From assembly GCA_965207065.1 (NCBI GenBank), contig OZ242260.1:960001-1024000 (forward strand): a stretch of DNA of 64,000 bases, read 5' to 3'. Under the pieces are notes generated by a model. The model saw only the letters and a program-made list of their open reading frames with translations, searched no databases and was not told where the DNA came from. Shown in pieces: positions 1 through 7,543 of the stretch. The DNA comes from a bacterium. GTDB lineage: Bacteria; UBA8248. The first letter of the stretch is position 1, and each line of letters begins with the position of its first letter. Both the position numbers and the translations under genes were made by a program.

Positions 1-996
1 GGAAACGAGGAGCGCTACCGCATGCGCGCGCGGTTCCAGATACGAGACTCCGGGATCGGCTTTTTCGCTCCGGGCGCGCGGCGCCTGGTCGAGATCGAAG
101 ACTGCCTGCTGGTGGAACGACCCATCGCCGACGCACTCGGCCAGCTCAGGCATCTCCTCCAGGCGGAGCCCAGGGCGAGGAGAATCGTGGCCGTGGAGAT
201 TACCTCCCTTGGCGAAGTGGAAGAGGCGGCCGTGGGACTCTACCTGTACAAGTCGGGTTACCGGAGTCGTGGAAACCGGAAAATCGACCGCAGGACGCTG
301 ATCGCCTGGAGGAAATTCGCCGAAGAAAACCACTTTCCGCTGGCCATGGCCGGCAGACGCGAACCCGGGGATCCGCCCCGGTGGATGGCGCGGTACCGGC
401 CCGATGCGGCACACCCCGAATTATGCCTGGGCGTATCGCCCGAATCCTTCATCCAGCCGAACCGCGCGCTGAATCGACTGCTGGTGAAAAGCGTGGTCGA
501 AGAGTGCCGGTTGAACGACGAGGCCCTCGTTCTGGACCTCTACTGCGGAGCGGGGAATTTCTCCCTGCCGCTGGCGCTCAGGGCCAAGCGCGTTCTGGGG
601 GTCGAGGAAAACCCCTACGCCGTGGCCGACGCACTGCTCAACCGGGAGGAGAACGGAGTCGGCAACGCGGAGTTTCTGACCCAAGCCGTCCAGAAACTCA
701 CGACAGAAGAGGTCGTGCCGAAACTCGGCGGCGAGAGGCCAGGTGTCGTCGTGCTCGACCCACCCCGAAAGGGCGCGCTGGAAGCGATGCCCCTGATTGC
801 GGCGCTCGCGCCCAGCCAAGTCGTCTACGTCTCCTGCAACCCGGCCACCTTCGCGCGCGACGCCCGCGAACTCGCTTTGATCGGCTATCGCGCCAGAGCC
901 GCCTATGTGTTCGACATGTTCCCCCATACCGCTCATCTGGAGATGCTTACATCGTGGACCCGGAAGAACGCTTCCGGTCCGACCCAACGATCCTGA
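1..996 (+). CDS. rlmD: 23S rRNA (uracil-C5)-methyltransferase, RlmD/TrmA family; 5' end probably outside the window
   Basis: Motifs LDLYCGAGNF, VLDPPRKG, YVSCNPATFARD and DMFPHTAHLE. The frame is open from base 1. Confidence 0.85.
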   Translation, partial: GNEERYRMRARFQIRDSGIGFFAPGARRLVEIEDCLLVERPIADALGQLRHLLQAEPRARRIVAVEITSLGEVEEAAVGLYLYKSGYRSRGNRKIDRRTLIAWRKFAEENHFPLAMAGRREPGDPPRWMARYRPDAAHPELCLGVSPESFIQPNRALNRLLVKSVVEECRLNDEALVLDLYCGAGNFSLPLALRAKRVLGVEENPYAVADALLNREENGVGNAEFLTQAVQKLTTEEVVPKLGGERPGVVVLDPPRKGALEAMPLIAALAPSQVVYVSCNPATFARDARELALIGYRARAAYVFDMFPHTAHLEMLTSWTRKNASGPTQRS

Positions 997-1010
997 AAGG
1001 GAGGTATCTG

Positions 1011-1628
1011 ATGTTCCTCACGCGCAGGCAACGAGAAATTTACGAGTTCATCAAGGAGTTCATCGGGGCGAACGGCTACGCGCCCTCCATCGTGGAGATC
1101 GGAAAAAACTTCCACCTCACCTCGCCCGCCACGGTGCACAAGCACCTGCAGAACATCGCGGAAAAAGGCCTCATCAAGAGAAGCTGGAACAGAAGCCGGG
1201 CCATCGAGCTCGTCCCGGGTTCAGACACCATCGCCGCGAGTGCCGAACCGACGCGGGTGGAGCTTCCCCTGCGCGGCATGATCGCGGCAGGCATGCCGCT
1301 CGAGGCGATAGAGGACACCGAAACCATCCCCCTCCCCTGGTCTTCGGGGGACGGCAATCTCTACGTCCTGAAAGTCAAGGGCGACTCGATGATCGAGGAT
1401 CACATACAGGACGGGGACTACGTGATCGTGGAGAGCCGGAACAACGCGCTGAACGGCGAGACCGTGGTGGCGCTCGTGAACGGAGAGTCCGCCACGCTCA
1501 AGCGCTTCTACAGAGAGGGCGCGCAAATCAGGCTCCAGCCCGCGAACGAGGCGATGGCGCCCATCATGGTGAACGAAGCGGACCTCCATATCCAGGGCGT
1601 CGTCGTGGGTGTGCTCAGGAAATATTGA
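1011..1628 (+). CDS. lexA: SOS transcriptional repressor LexA
   Basis: MFLTRRQREIYEFI...APSIVEIG HTH, Ala-Gly cleavage site (IAAG), catalytic GDSM and TLKRF. RBS GGAGGT at 1000-1005. Confidence 0.95.
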   Translation: MFLTRRQREIYEFIKEFIGANGYAPSIVEIGKNFHLTSPATVHKHLQNIAEKGLIKRSWNRSRAIELVPGSDTIAASAEPTRVELPLRGMIAAGMPLEAIEDTETIPLPWSSGDGNLYVLKVKGDSMIEDHIQDGDYVIVESRNNALNGETVVALVNGESATLKRFYREGAQIRLQPANEAMAPIMVNEADLHIQGVVVGVLRKY

Positions 1629-1653
1629 CGCCACAGCACTTCGCGTGAGAGGA

Positions 1654-2883
1654 ATGGACATGCCTCTACGCCCCGAAGAGCCAGCGCCGGAGTCGACTCA
1701 CGAGGTCAGGCTCATCGCGCACGTGGACATGGACGCCTTTTTCGTGTCCGTGGAGCGCATGGACCGGCCCGACCTCGAAAACCAGCCGGTCATCGTGGGC
1801 GGCAGCACAGGAAGGCGCGGGGTGGTTTCCGCCGCGTCCTATGAGTCGCGTGCGTTCGGCGTGCACTCGGCCATGCCCATGGCCCGAGCCCGCGAGCTCT
1901 GCCCCCATGCCGTCTACATCCAGGCGAACCACAAGAAATACGGCGAGGCCTCCAGGCAGGTGATGAAGCTGCTCGGCGACTTCACGCCCGCGGTGCAGGC
2001 CGTCTCGGTGGATGAGGCGTATCTCGATTTGAGCGGCACCGAACGCCTGCACGGCCCCCCGCTTCTAACGGCGGCCAGGATACGGGAAGCGGTTTTGCGC
2101 GAGACGAACTGCTCGGCTTCCATCGGGCTGGCGTCTAGCCGCCTGGTGTCGAAAATCGCGTCCGGCCTCTCGAAACCCGCAGGCATCCTGCGCGTCTACC
2201 CGGGCGGTGAGGCGGCCTTTCTGCGTCCCCTCAAGGTGAGCAAAATCCCCGGCGTGGGCAAGGTGATGGTCCAGAAACTGAACCGCCTGGGCATCACGAC
2301 CATCGGCGATCTCGGCAACCAGTCGCTGCCCTTCCTGGAGGCGCAGTTCAAGAATTTGGGACCCGAACTCTACCGAAAGGCGCGGGGGCTGGATGATTCC
2401 GAACTCGAACTCGACAGCCGGCCCAAGAGCATCGGCAAGGAGACCACCTTCGCAGAAGATACCGCCGACCGGGCGAAGCTCGAAGCCATACTCACGGGCC
2501 TGGCCGAGGAGGCGAGCGCGCGCGTGCGCCGCAAGGGTCTATGCGTCAGGCACATTACCCTCAAAATCCGGTTTTCCGATTTCACGACGCTCACGCGTTC
2601 GTTCACGCTCGAAAAGCCCACCCATCTCGACAAGGAAATCATCGAACCCGCGCTCGATCTGCTGCGGCGCACCTGCGCGAAAGAGGGCAGGAACCGCAAA
2701 TTCCGCCTGCTGGGCGTTTACCTTTCAGGACTGGATGAGTCCCGTGCGCAGCCGCTGCTGTTCGAGGATCGGGACAGGGAGAAGGAGGAGCGCCTGGTGG
2801 AGAGCCTCGATGAGATCCGAGAGCGCTTCGGACATGAGGCCGTCTTCTCGCGAAAGAGCGTGGAGCGGATCAAGAAACCTTAG
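1654..2883 (+). CDS. dinB: DNA polymerase IV (Y family)
   Basis: Motifs HVDMDAFFVSVE, ASYESRAFGVHSAMP, SVDEAYLD and KSIGKETTF. Start could be 1654 or 1660. Confidence 0.95.
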   Translation: MDMPLRPEEPAPESTHEVRLIAHVDMDAFFVSVERMDRPDLENQPVIVGGSTGRRGVVSAASYESRAFGVHSAMPMARARELCPHAVYIQANHKKYGEASRQVMKLLGDFTPAVQAVSVDEAYLDLSGTERLHGPPLLTAARIREAVLRETNCSASIGLASSRLVSKIASGLSKPAGILRVYPGGEAAFLRPLKVSKIPGVGKVMVQKLNRLGITTIGDLGNQSLPFLEAQFKNLGPELYRKARGLDDSELELDSRPKSIGKETTFAEDTADRAKLEAILTGLAEEASARVRRKGLCVRHITLKIRFSDFTTLTRSFTLEKPTHLDKEIIEPALDLLRRTCAKEGRNRKFRLLGVYLSGLDESRAQPLLFEDRDREKEERLVESLDEIRERFGHEAVFSRKSVERIKKP

Positions 2884-2904
2884 AGGCTGTTGAAAAAGTT
2901 TTCT

Positions 2905-2974
2905 CCGCCTCATCCTGCGCAGTGGCCTCCCCGACCGCCTCATCCTGAGTAGCGGCTAAGCCGCGTATCGAAGG
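2905..2974. repeat. Tandem CCGCCTCATCCTG direct repeat with an adjacent hairpin (REP-like)
   Basis: CCGCCTCATCCTG at 2905-2917 and 2935-2947, followed by the GCGGCT-A-AGCCGC hairpin and GTATCGAAGG. Confidence 0.55.
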
Positions 2975-2998
2975 TTTGACCCGACCGAGGAGGGAGCG

Positions 2999-3025
2999 GT
3001 AGGGACAGGCCCCCGTGCCTGTCCT
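2999..3025 (+). repeat. GTAG-family REP palindrome
   Basis: GTAG + GGACAGGC-CCCCGT-GCCTGTCC. It has one mismatch to the copy at 17918-17944. Confidence 0.75.
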
Positions 3026-3279
3026 TGGCTTACGCGCCCCTCCTGTATCGGGGTGAATACGACCGACGGGCGGCCACGGTCGAACTTTCCTCCTCGGGAA
3101 GTTCGACGCCCCTGCGGTCTCAATTCGAAGGGGCGCGCAGGACTTTTTCGGGAATAGAGGAGACGCCCCTTTCGACCTGAAAACCAACCCCCCCTACCCC
3201 CCCTTGTCAGGGGGGCAAGAAACAGCAAAACCCCCTCTGCCCGGCGGGGGCGCGTCGCCTTTTTATACCCCCCTGATAA

Positions 3280-4795
3280 AGGGGCTGTTGAAAAACCCGG
3301 TGTTGGAAGCGGGCGTTTTGGCGGCTCACGCGGCGGCGGAGAGGCAGCCCAATCGGCGCGTGAGGGCGCCATGTGCGCGCAGACGACATCTCCGGGCGAA
3401 CCAGGCCCTCCACAAGGCGAATAAACGCGCCGCAAAAGCGGCGGCCAGCCGCTTGAGGTTCACCGCAATCGCCGTCAGGTAGGACTGGATCTTCATGTTC
3501 GCAAGGCCCCGGCGCACCGCCCGCCCCAGTCCGTGCCGGCTCTTCGCCTCGCCGTGGTAGCCCTCCGAGCGCCAACGGTGGCGGCCATAGAGCCGCTTCT
3601 CCTCCTCCCCCCAGCGCGCATGCCGCCGACGCGCGCGCAACAGCGCCGGATACTCGTTGGGAATCAACACCGCCTTGCTCGTTTGCGACTTCGACAGACA
3701 ATCGGACCGGAGCGCGCAGCCCGCGCAATCCCGCGTCCTCGAACCATAGTAGCGCCCCTGCTCCGTCGCCTGCCGGGGACGCAGCGTCTTGCCCCCCGGA
3801 CACTTCACCACCTCGTTGCGCGCGTCGTAGTGGAACAACTGCAGCGGAACACGGCTCTGGGAAGGTTCCTTCTTCGCCGGTATCAACGCTTCCACGCCCC
3901 GACTCTCCAACGCCGCGTACACCTTCGAGTACGCATACCCCGAATCCGCCGTCACCAACTCCGGCGCGCGGCCAGACAACTCGCTTACCGCCTCTATATG
4001 GGACGCCATCATCTTCCGCTCGTCCAATGTCCCCTCCGTCACCGCCACGTCGAGAACAACACCCCGCTCATCGTCCACCGCCGCGTGGTGCTTGTAGCTC
4101 GGCTCGGACCTCGCCCGCGCGCTCTTGCGCGCAAGCCGCGCGTCGGGGTCCGTCCGGCTCACCGGACCCCCGCCGCCTCCTCCCTTCTTCCCGGCCTCAT
4201 CCTCGACGGGATTCTCCTCAATCACCTTCTCCGCGTGGTGCGCCGCCAGACTATCCCAGCTCACGTCCGCGCGTATCAACGAGGCGTCCACGTGCACCAC
4301 CTCCCCCTTCGCCACATTCGCCTCCAGACAAGCCTGCACCGTGCGACGGAATATCTCCTTGAACCGAGCCTCCCCCCACCGCTGACGTATCCGCGTCAGG
4401 CTCGAATGATGCGGCAACTCCTCGTGCAGCCCGTACCCGATGAACCACCGGATCGCCAGGTGCGCCCGCGCCTCGCGAAGCAGACGCCGGTCGTGTACGT
4501 AGCCCAGCAACATACCCGCAAGCATCAAGCGGAGCGCCACCTCCGGGTCGATCCCCGGGCGACCATTGTCCGCGCAATAGCAATCCGACACCTCCTCCCG
4601 TAGCCAACTCAAATCCAGTACGCGGTCCACGCGCATCAGGACGTGATCCTCGGGGATCAGCCGATCCAGCGAACCCGCCACGAACAAATCCATCTGCTCG
4701 CGCCTCTTCCTGCCTATCATCGAGGGAACTCCCATCTCGGGCGAGATAGTGTCATTACACCCAATCACAATGCCGGGGGTTTTTCAACAGCCCCG
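3280..4795 (-). mobile_element. IS1182-family insertion sequence, apparently intact (about 1.5 kb)
   Basis: Perfect 18-bp terminal IRs GGGGCTGTTGAAAAACCC at 3281-3298 and 4777-4794. A 4-5 bp duplication (G)ATAA flanks it (3275-3279, 4795-4799). Single transposase ORF. Confidence 0.9.
3326..4720 (-). CDS. IS1182-family DDE transposase
   Basis: N-terminal LIPEDHVL...GRPGIDP domain, DDE residues in HVDAS / TADSGY / RSEGYHGEAK, and a Cys-rich insertion CPGG...CAGCALRSDC. Confidence 0.9.
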   Translation of the reverse strand: MIGRKRREQMDLFVAGSLDRLIPEDHVLMRVDRVLDLSWLREEVSDCYCADNGRPGIDPEVALRLMLAGMLLGYVHDRRLLREARAHLAIRWFIGYGLHEELPHHSSLTRIRQRWGEARFKEIFRRTVQACLEANVAKGEVVHVDASLIRADVSWDSLAAHHAEKVIEENPVEDEAGKKGGGGGGPVSRTDPDARLARKSARARSEPSYKHHAAVDDERGVVLDVAVTEGTLDERKMMASHIEAVSELSGRAPELVTADSGYAYSKVYAALESRGVEALIPAKKEPSQSRVPLQLFHYDARNEVVKCPGGKTLRPRQATEQGRYYGSRTRDCAGCALRSDCLSKSQTSKAVLIPNEYPALLRARRRHARWGEEEKRLYGRHRWRSEGYHGEAKSRHGLGRAVRRGLANMKIQSYLTAIAVNLKRLAAAFAARLFALWRAWFARRCRLRAHGALTRRLGCLSAAA

Positions 4796-4849
4796 ATAAG
4801 GGGGGGTAGGGGGGGTTGCTCTTTGGACAAAGGCTTTTGCAACAACCCC

Positions 4850-5764
4850 CTAGAGGCGGACCAGGATCAGGATCGTTCCCACCACCGTCATCACCGCGCC
4901 GAGGACGAGCTTGCCCGTGATGTTCTCACTCTCCCGCAGGAACAGGTGAGAAACCATGATCACCAGAAGGGGCTGGACCGACGTGATGGAAGTGACGCCC
5001 ACCGCGTAGGTGCGCGCCATGGCGTTGCTGAACGAGGGCACCGCTATCGTCTGGCAGACGGCGGCGATGAGCATCCACTTCCAGCTCGCCCGGGGGATTT
5101 TCTCCGCCGTCTCCCTGTGAGCGAATCCGATCGCCAGCACCCAGGCGAAGCCAAGCCCTATCCAGATGAGGAGCGCCGATGCGGCCAGCGCGTTCATGTC
5201 GAGCGTGATGGTCCGCACCATGACGCCCGAGACGCTCCAGTTCAGCGTGGTCAGGCCCGCCGAGATATAGCCCTTGACGACGTCCTTTCGCGTGTGGCCC
5301 ATCTCGAGGTTCGGCTGCGCAGGTGCCGAGCGCACCACCATGTTGAGTCCCAGGATGAGGCACAGAAGCCCCAGGATGATGAGAAACGTGAACGGCTCGC
5401 CCAGGAATATGGTCGCCAGTATTGCGGTGACGGCGGGCGTGCTCGCCGCGATGGGAATGGTGCGGCTCGGCCCGATGCGCCTGATGGCGTAGTAGTAGGT
5501 GAGCCTCGATATGGTGATCATGAAAAAGGCGGTGATCGGCAGCAGGATCCACGTTCTCGTCGTCCCGGGCTGAAAGGCCGAAACCGGCAGGGTGAAGTAG
5601 ATCAGAACGGCGACGAAGACGCCGTTCAAGGTCGACATGCATGCCGTCGTCCTCAGGAGCGGCGCGTTCTTCATCGCCAGGCGTACGCAAAAGGACAGGC
5701 TCGTCCAGCTCAGAAGCGCCGAGGTAGCGAACAGCAGGCCCACGACATGGGTAGATAGGTTCAT
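4850..5764 (-). CDS. DMT/EamA family transporter
   Basis: About 10 hydrophobic segments in two repeats, with AIRRIGPSRT, FLGEPF and FLRESENIT motifs. Confidence 0.85.
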   Translation of the reverse strand: MNLSTHVVGLLFATSALLSWTSLSFCVRLAMKNAPLLRTTACMSTLNGVFVAVLIYFTLPVSAFQPGTTRTWILLPITAFFMITISRLTYYYAIRRIGPSRTIPIAASTPAVTAILATIFLGEPFTFLIILGLLCLILGLNMVVRSAPAQPNLEMGHTRKDVVKGYISAGLTTLNWSVSGVMVRTITLDMNALAASALLIWIGLGFAWVLAIGFAHRETAEKIPRASWKWMLIAAVCQTIAVPSFSNAMARTYAVGVTSITSVQPLLVIMVSHLFLRESENITGKLVLGAVMTVVGTILILVRL

Positions 5765-5804
5765 AACCGCTTTCTGGTGTTCGTAAAGATTTTCCGAACG
5801 GCCG

Positions 5805-6263
5805 CTATCCGGGTCGCTTCAGCGTCCAGTTGTCATTCACGCGCGTCGCCGTACTCATGAACAGATAGAGGATGCAGCCCGCGCGAAACTTCTCCTTCAC
5901 CTCATCGAGTTCCTCCGCAGAGCCCGCCGAGGTCACCTCGATATCGAGTTCCACGCCGATGACCCCCCCGTTCTCCGCGTGCGGGTCGCCGGGAGAGAAG
6001 CGCTCCATGGTGAGGCGACCCTCTATCGCGCAATCATTGATCGTCATGCCGACTTCGTTTGCGAACAACTCCACGTGCGCGGCGCCGCAGCCCGTCAGCG
6101 CGCCGAGCATGTACTCGGCGGGGGTGGGATGCTCGAACAGACCGCCGCGCTCTACGGGTTCGTCGCTCGAGAATTCGGGGCAATCGCGGGCCTGTATCCG
6201 CGCGCGCAAATCCCCCATCCACTGCGCGTTCGCCACCCGGGTGATGGTATTCTGATCGCTCAT
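5805..6263 (-). CDS. OsmC/Ohr family protein
   Basis: SDEP...GG...PTPAEYMLGALTGC plus a second Cys (AGCILY). Confidence 0.8.
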   Translation of the reverse strand: MSDQNTITRVANAQWMGDLRARIQARDCPEFSSDEPVERGGLFEHPTPAEYMLGALTGCGAAHVELFANEVGMTINDCAIEGRLTMERFSPGDPHAENGGVIGVELDIEVTSAGSAEELDEVKEKFRAGCILYLFMSTATRVNDNWTLKRPG

Positions 6264-6358
6264 GCCGACGCCCTCTTCAGATAAGGTGAAATCGCCCGTA
6301 GCCTACTACATCACATCCGCGCCGCGCCATGCGGATCGGGTGCGCGCGCAATCACTCC

Positions 6359-7543
6359 TCACTCCTCCATCGCGCTCAGGACGGCGGATATGAATCCCAG
6401 AAAACGCGCCCCATCCAGAATCCTGGCGATAGAAAAGAAGCCCGCCTCGATGCCCACGTGGCGAAAACCGCCGAAGACGAAGGCGGATGCCGCATCGCCT
6501 GTTGTCTCCCGCGCTCGATTCGCCAGCAGGATGCTCTCGGACGCCGGAATGAAGGGGTCCTCACGCCCGTGCAGAAAAAATTTCTTGCCCCCGACCCCGG
6601 GAACGACGTCGCGCATCCCCCAACCCCGCAGGCGCTCGCGCTGTTCGGCTCCCTGCCGCGCAAAAAGCGCTTCGAATCGCTCGGGGGATTTGTTCTCCAT
6701 CAAGGCGACGACCGCGCGCGCACCCTCCGGCAGACCAAAGAGCAGATCGCTTACATCCGCCGCCTCGTCTTTCCGCTTTCTCGACACGACCGCGGCGACC
6801 CGGTCCCGGTGGGCGTCCAGACCCAGGAGTTCCGTGTTGTAGCGCAGGAAGAGCCACTTTCCGTGGCGGATGGGCAGCCCGCCGGGGAAGGCGGGCCGGT
6901 TCTGCCCGCCGCTCGTGGTGAGGTGCCTCAACACGTTCTTGAGATCGTAGTAAGCGCCCACGCCGATGAACGCTGCCATTTTCCCGCCCACCGCCGGCCT
7001 TGCCGCCGCGCGAAGGGCCGGACCGGCGGCGAAGGAAAAAGCAAGGATACTGCACCTGTCGAACGAATCCGCGCCGTCACGCGTCATCCAGGAGAATGCC
7101 CGCTCAATGCGCGCAACGTCCGCCTCCTCGGGGCGAAACCGCCTCATGCCGGGCAGATCGGGAACGAGCGCCGCGAACCCGAGCCTCGCGAGCGACCCCG
7201 CGAACGCCACCAGCCGATGATCCGCCTTGCCCATCGTGGCCATTCCGTGAACGAGGACGACGCACCCACGCGCGGGCGCACCGCCCCAGCCGAAGGAATC
7301 GCCCGGCGAATAGGAATCCGCCAAAACACCGTCGAGCGAAATCTCGGTTTTTAACGGCTTTTTCGTGAGAAACGAGAGCCAGCCACCGCTCCGCACGTCG
7401 ATAAGCCCCTGGGCCATCAGGAGGGAATCGACCGGGTGGCGGAAACCCGGAGAAAAACGCGATGCGACGAGCAAAAGTATCAGGAGAAACGAAGCGGCCA
7501 GCGCAAGGCGCCGAAGCGTGACGCGCCACCTGAAGACGTTCAG
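6359..7543 (-). CDS. Membrane-anchored or secreted alpha/beta-hydrolase; start uncertain, possibly CTG overlapping the uvrA stop
   Basis: N-terminal hydrophobic helix, LVHG oxyanion motif, nucleophile elbow AFSFAAG, LHGREDPFIP (Asp) and GFRHV (His). Confidence 0.65.
   Translation of the reverse strand: MNVFRWRVTLRRLALAASFLLILLLVASRFSPGFRHPVDSLLMAQGLIDVRSGGWLSFLTKKPLKTEISLDGVLADSYSPGDSFGWGGAPARGCVVLVHGMATMGKADHRLVAFAGSLARLGFAALVPDLPGMRRFRPEEADVARIERAFSWMTRDGADSFDRCSILAFSFAAGPALRAAARPAVGGKMAAFIGVGAYYDLKNVLRHLTTSGGQNRPAFPGGLPIRHGKWLFLRYNTELLGLDAHRDRVAAVVSRKRKDEAADVSDLLFGLPEGARAVVALMENKSPERFEALFARQGAEQRERLRGWGMRDVVPGVGGKKFFLHGREDPFIPASESILLANRARETTGDAASAFVFGGFRHVGIEAGFFSIARILDGARFLGFISAVLSAMEE

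Larger units (their letters stand above)
3185..4818. repeat. Inverted pair of 31-nt C/G-tract palindromic units; the second unit is split by the IS
   Basis: 3185-3215 is CAA-C7-TA-C7-TTGTCA-G6. Joining 3268-3279 to 4800-4818 gives its reverse complement at 30/31. Confidence 0.8.
2883..4849. mobile_element. Putative non-autonomous element (MITE-like, about 450 bp without the nested IS) with IS1182-type ends, rich in REP-like palindromes and interrupted by IS1182
   Basis: Left end GAGGCTGTTGAAAAA (2883-2897) and right end TTTTGCAACAACCCC (4835-4849) match the IS terminal repeat at 14/15 and 13/15. It lies exactly between the stop codons of two convergent genes. Confidence 0.6.

Noticed and set aside
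381-1010. 210-aa N-terminal extension of LexA in the ORF track
   Set aside because: It overlaps rlmD in another frame and has Arg/Gly-rich shadow composition. There is a clear RBS at the ATG at 1011.
900-1010. SOS box upstream of lexA (GTTC-N5-GTTC near 908-920)
   Set aside because: The spacing does not match GTTC-N7-GTTC or GAAC-N4-GTTC, and it lies in the conserved FDMFP codons of rlmD.
3533-4603. 356-aa ORF antisense to the transposase
   Set aside because: Shadow ORF typical of high-GC coding DNA, with no motifs.
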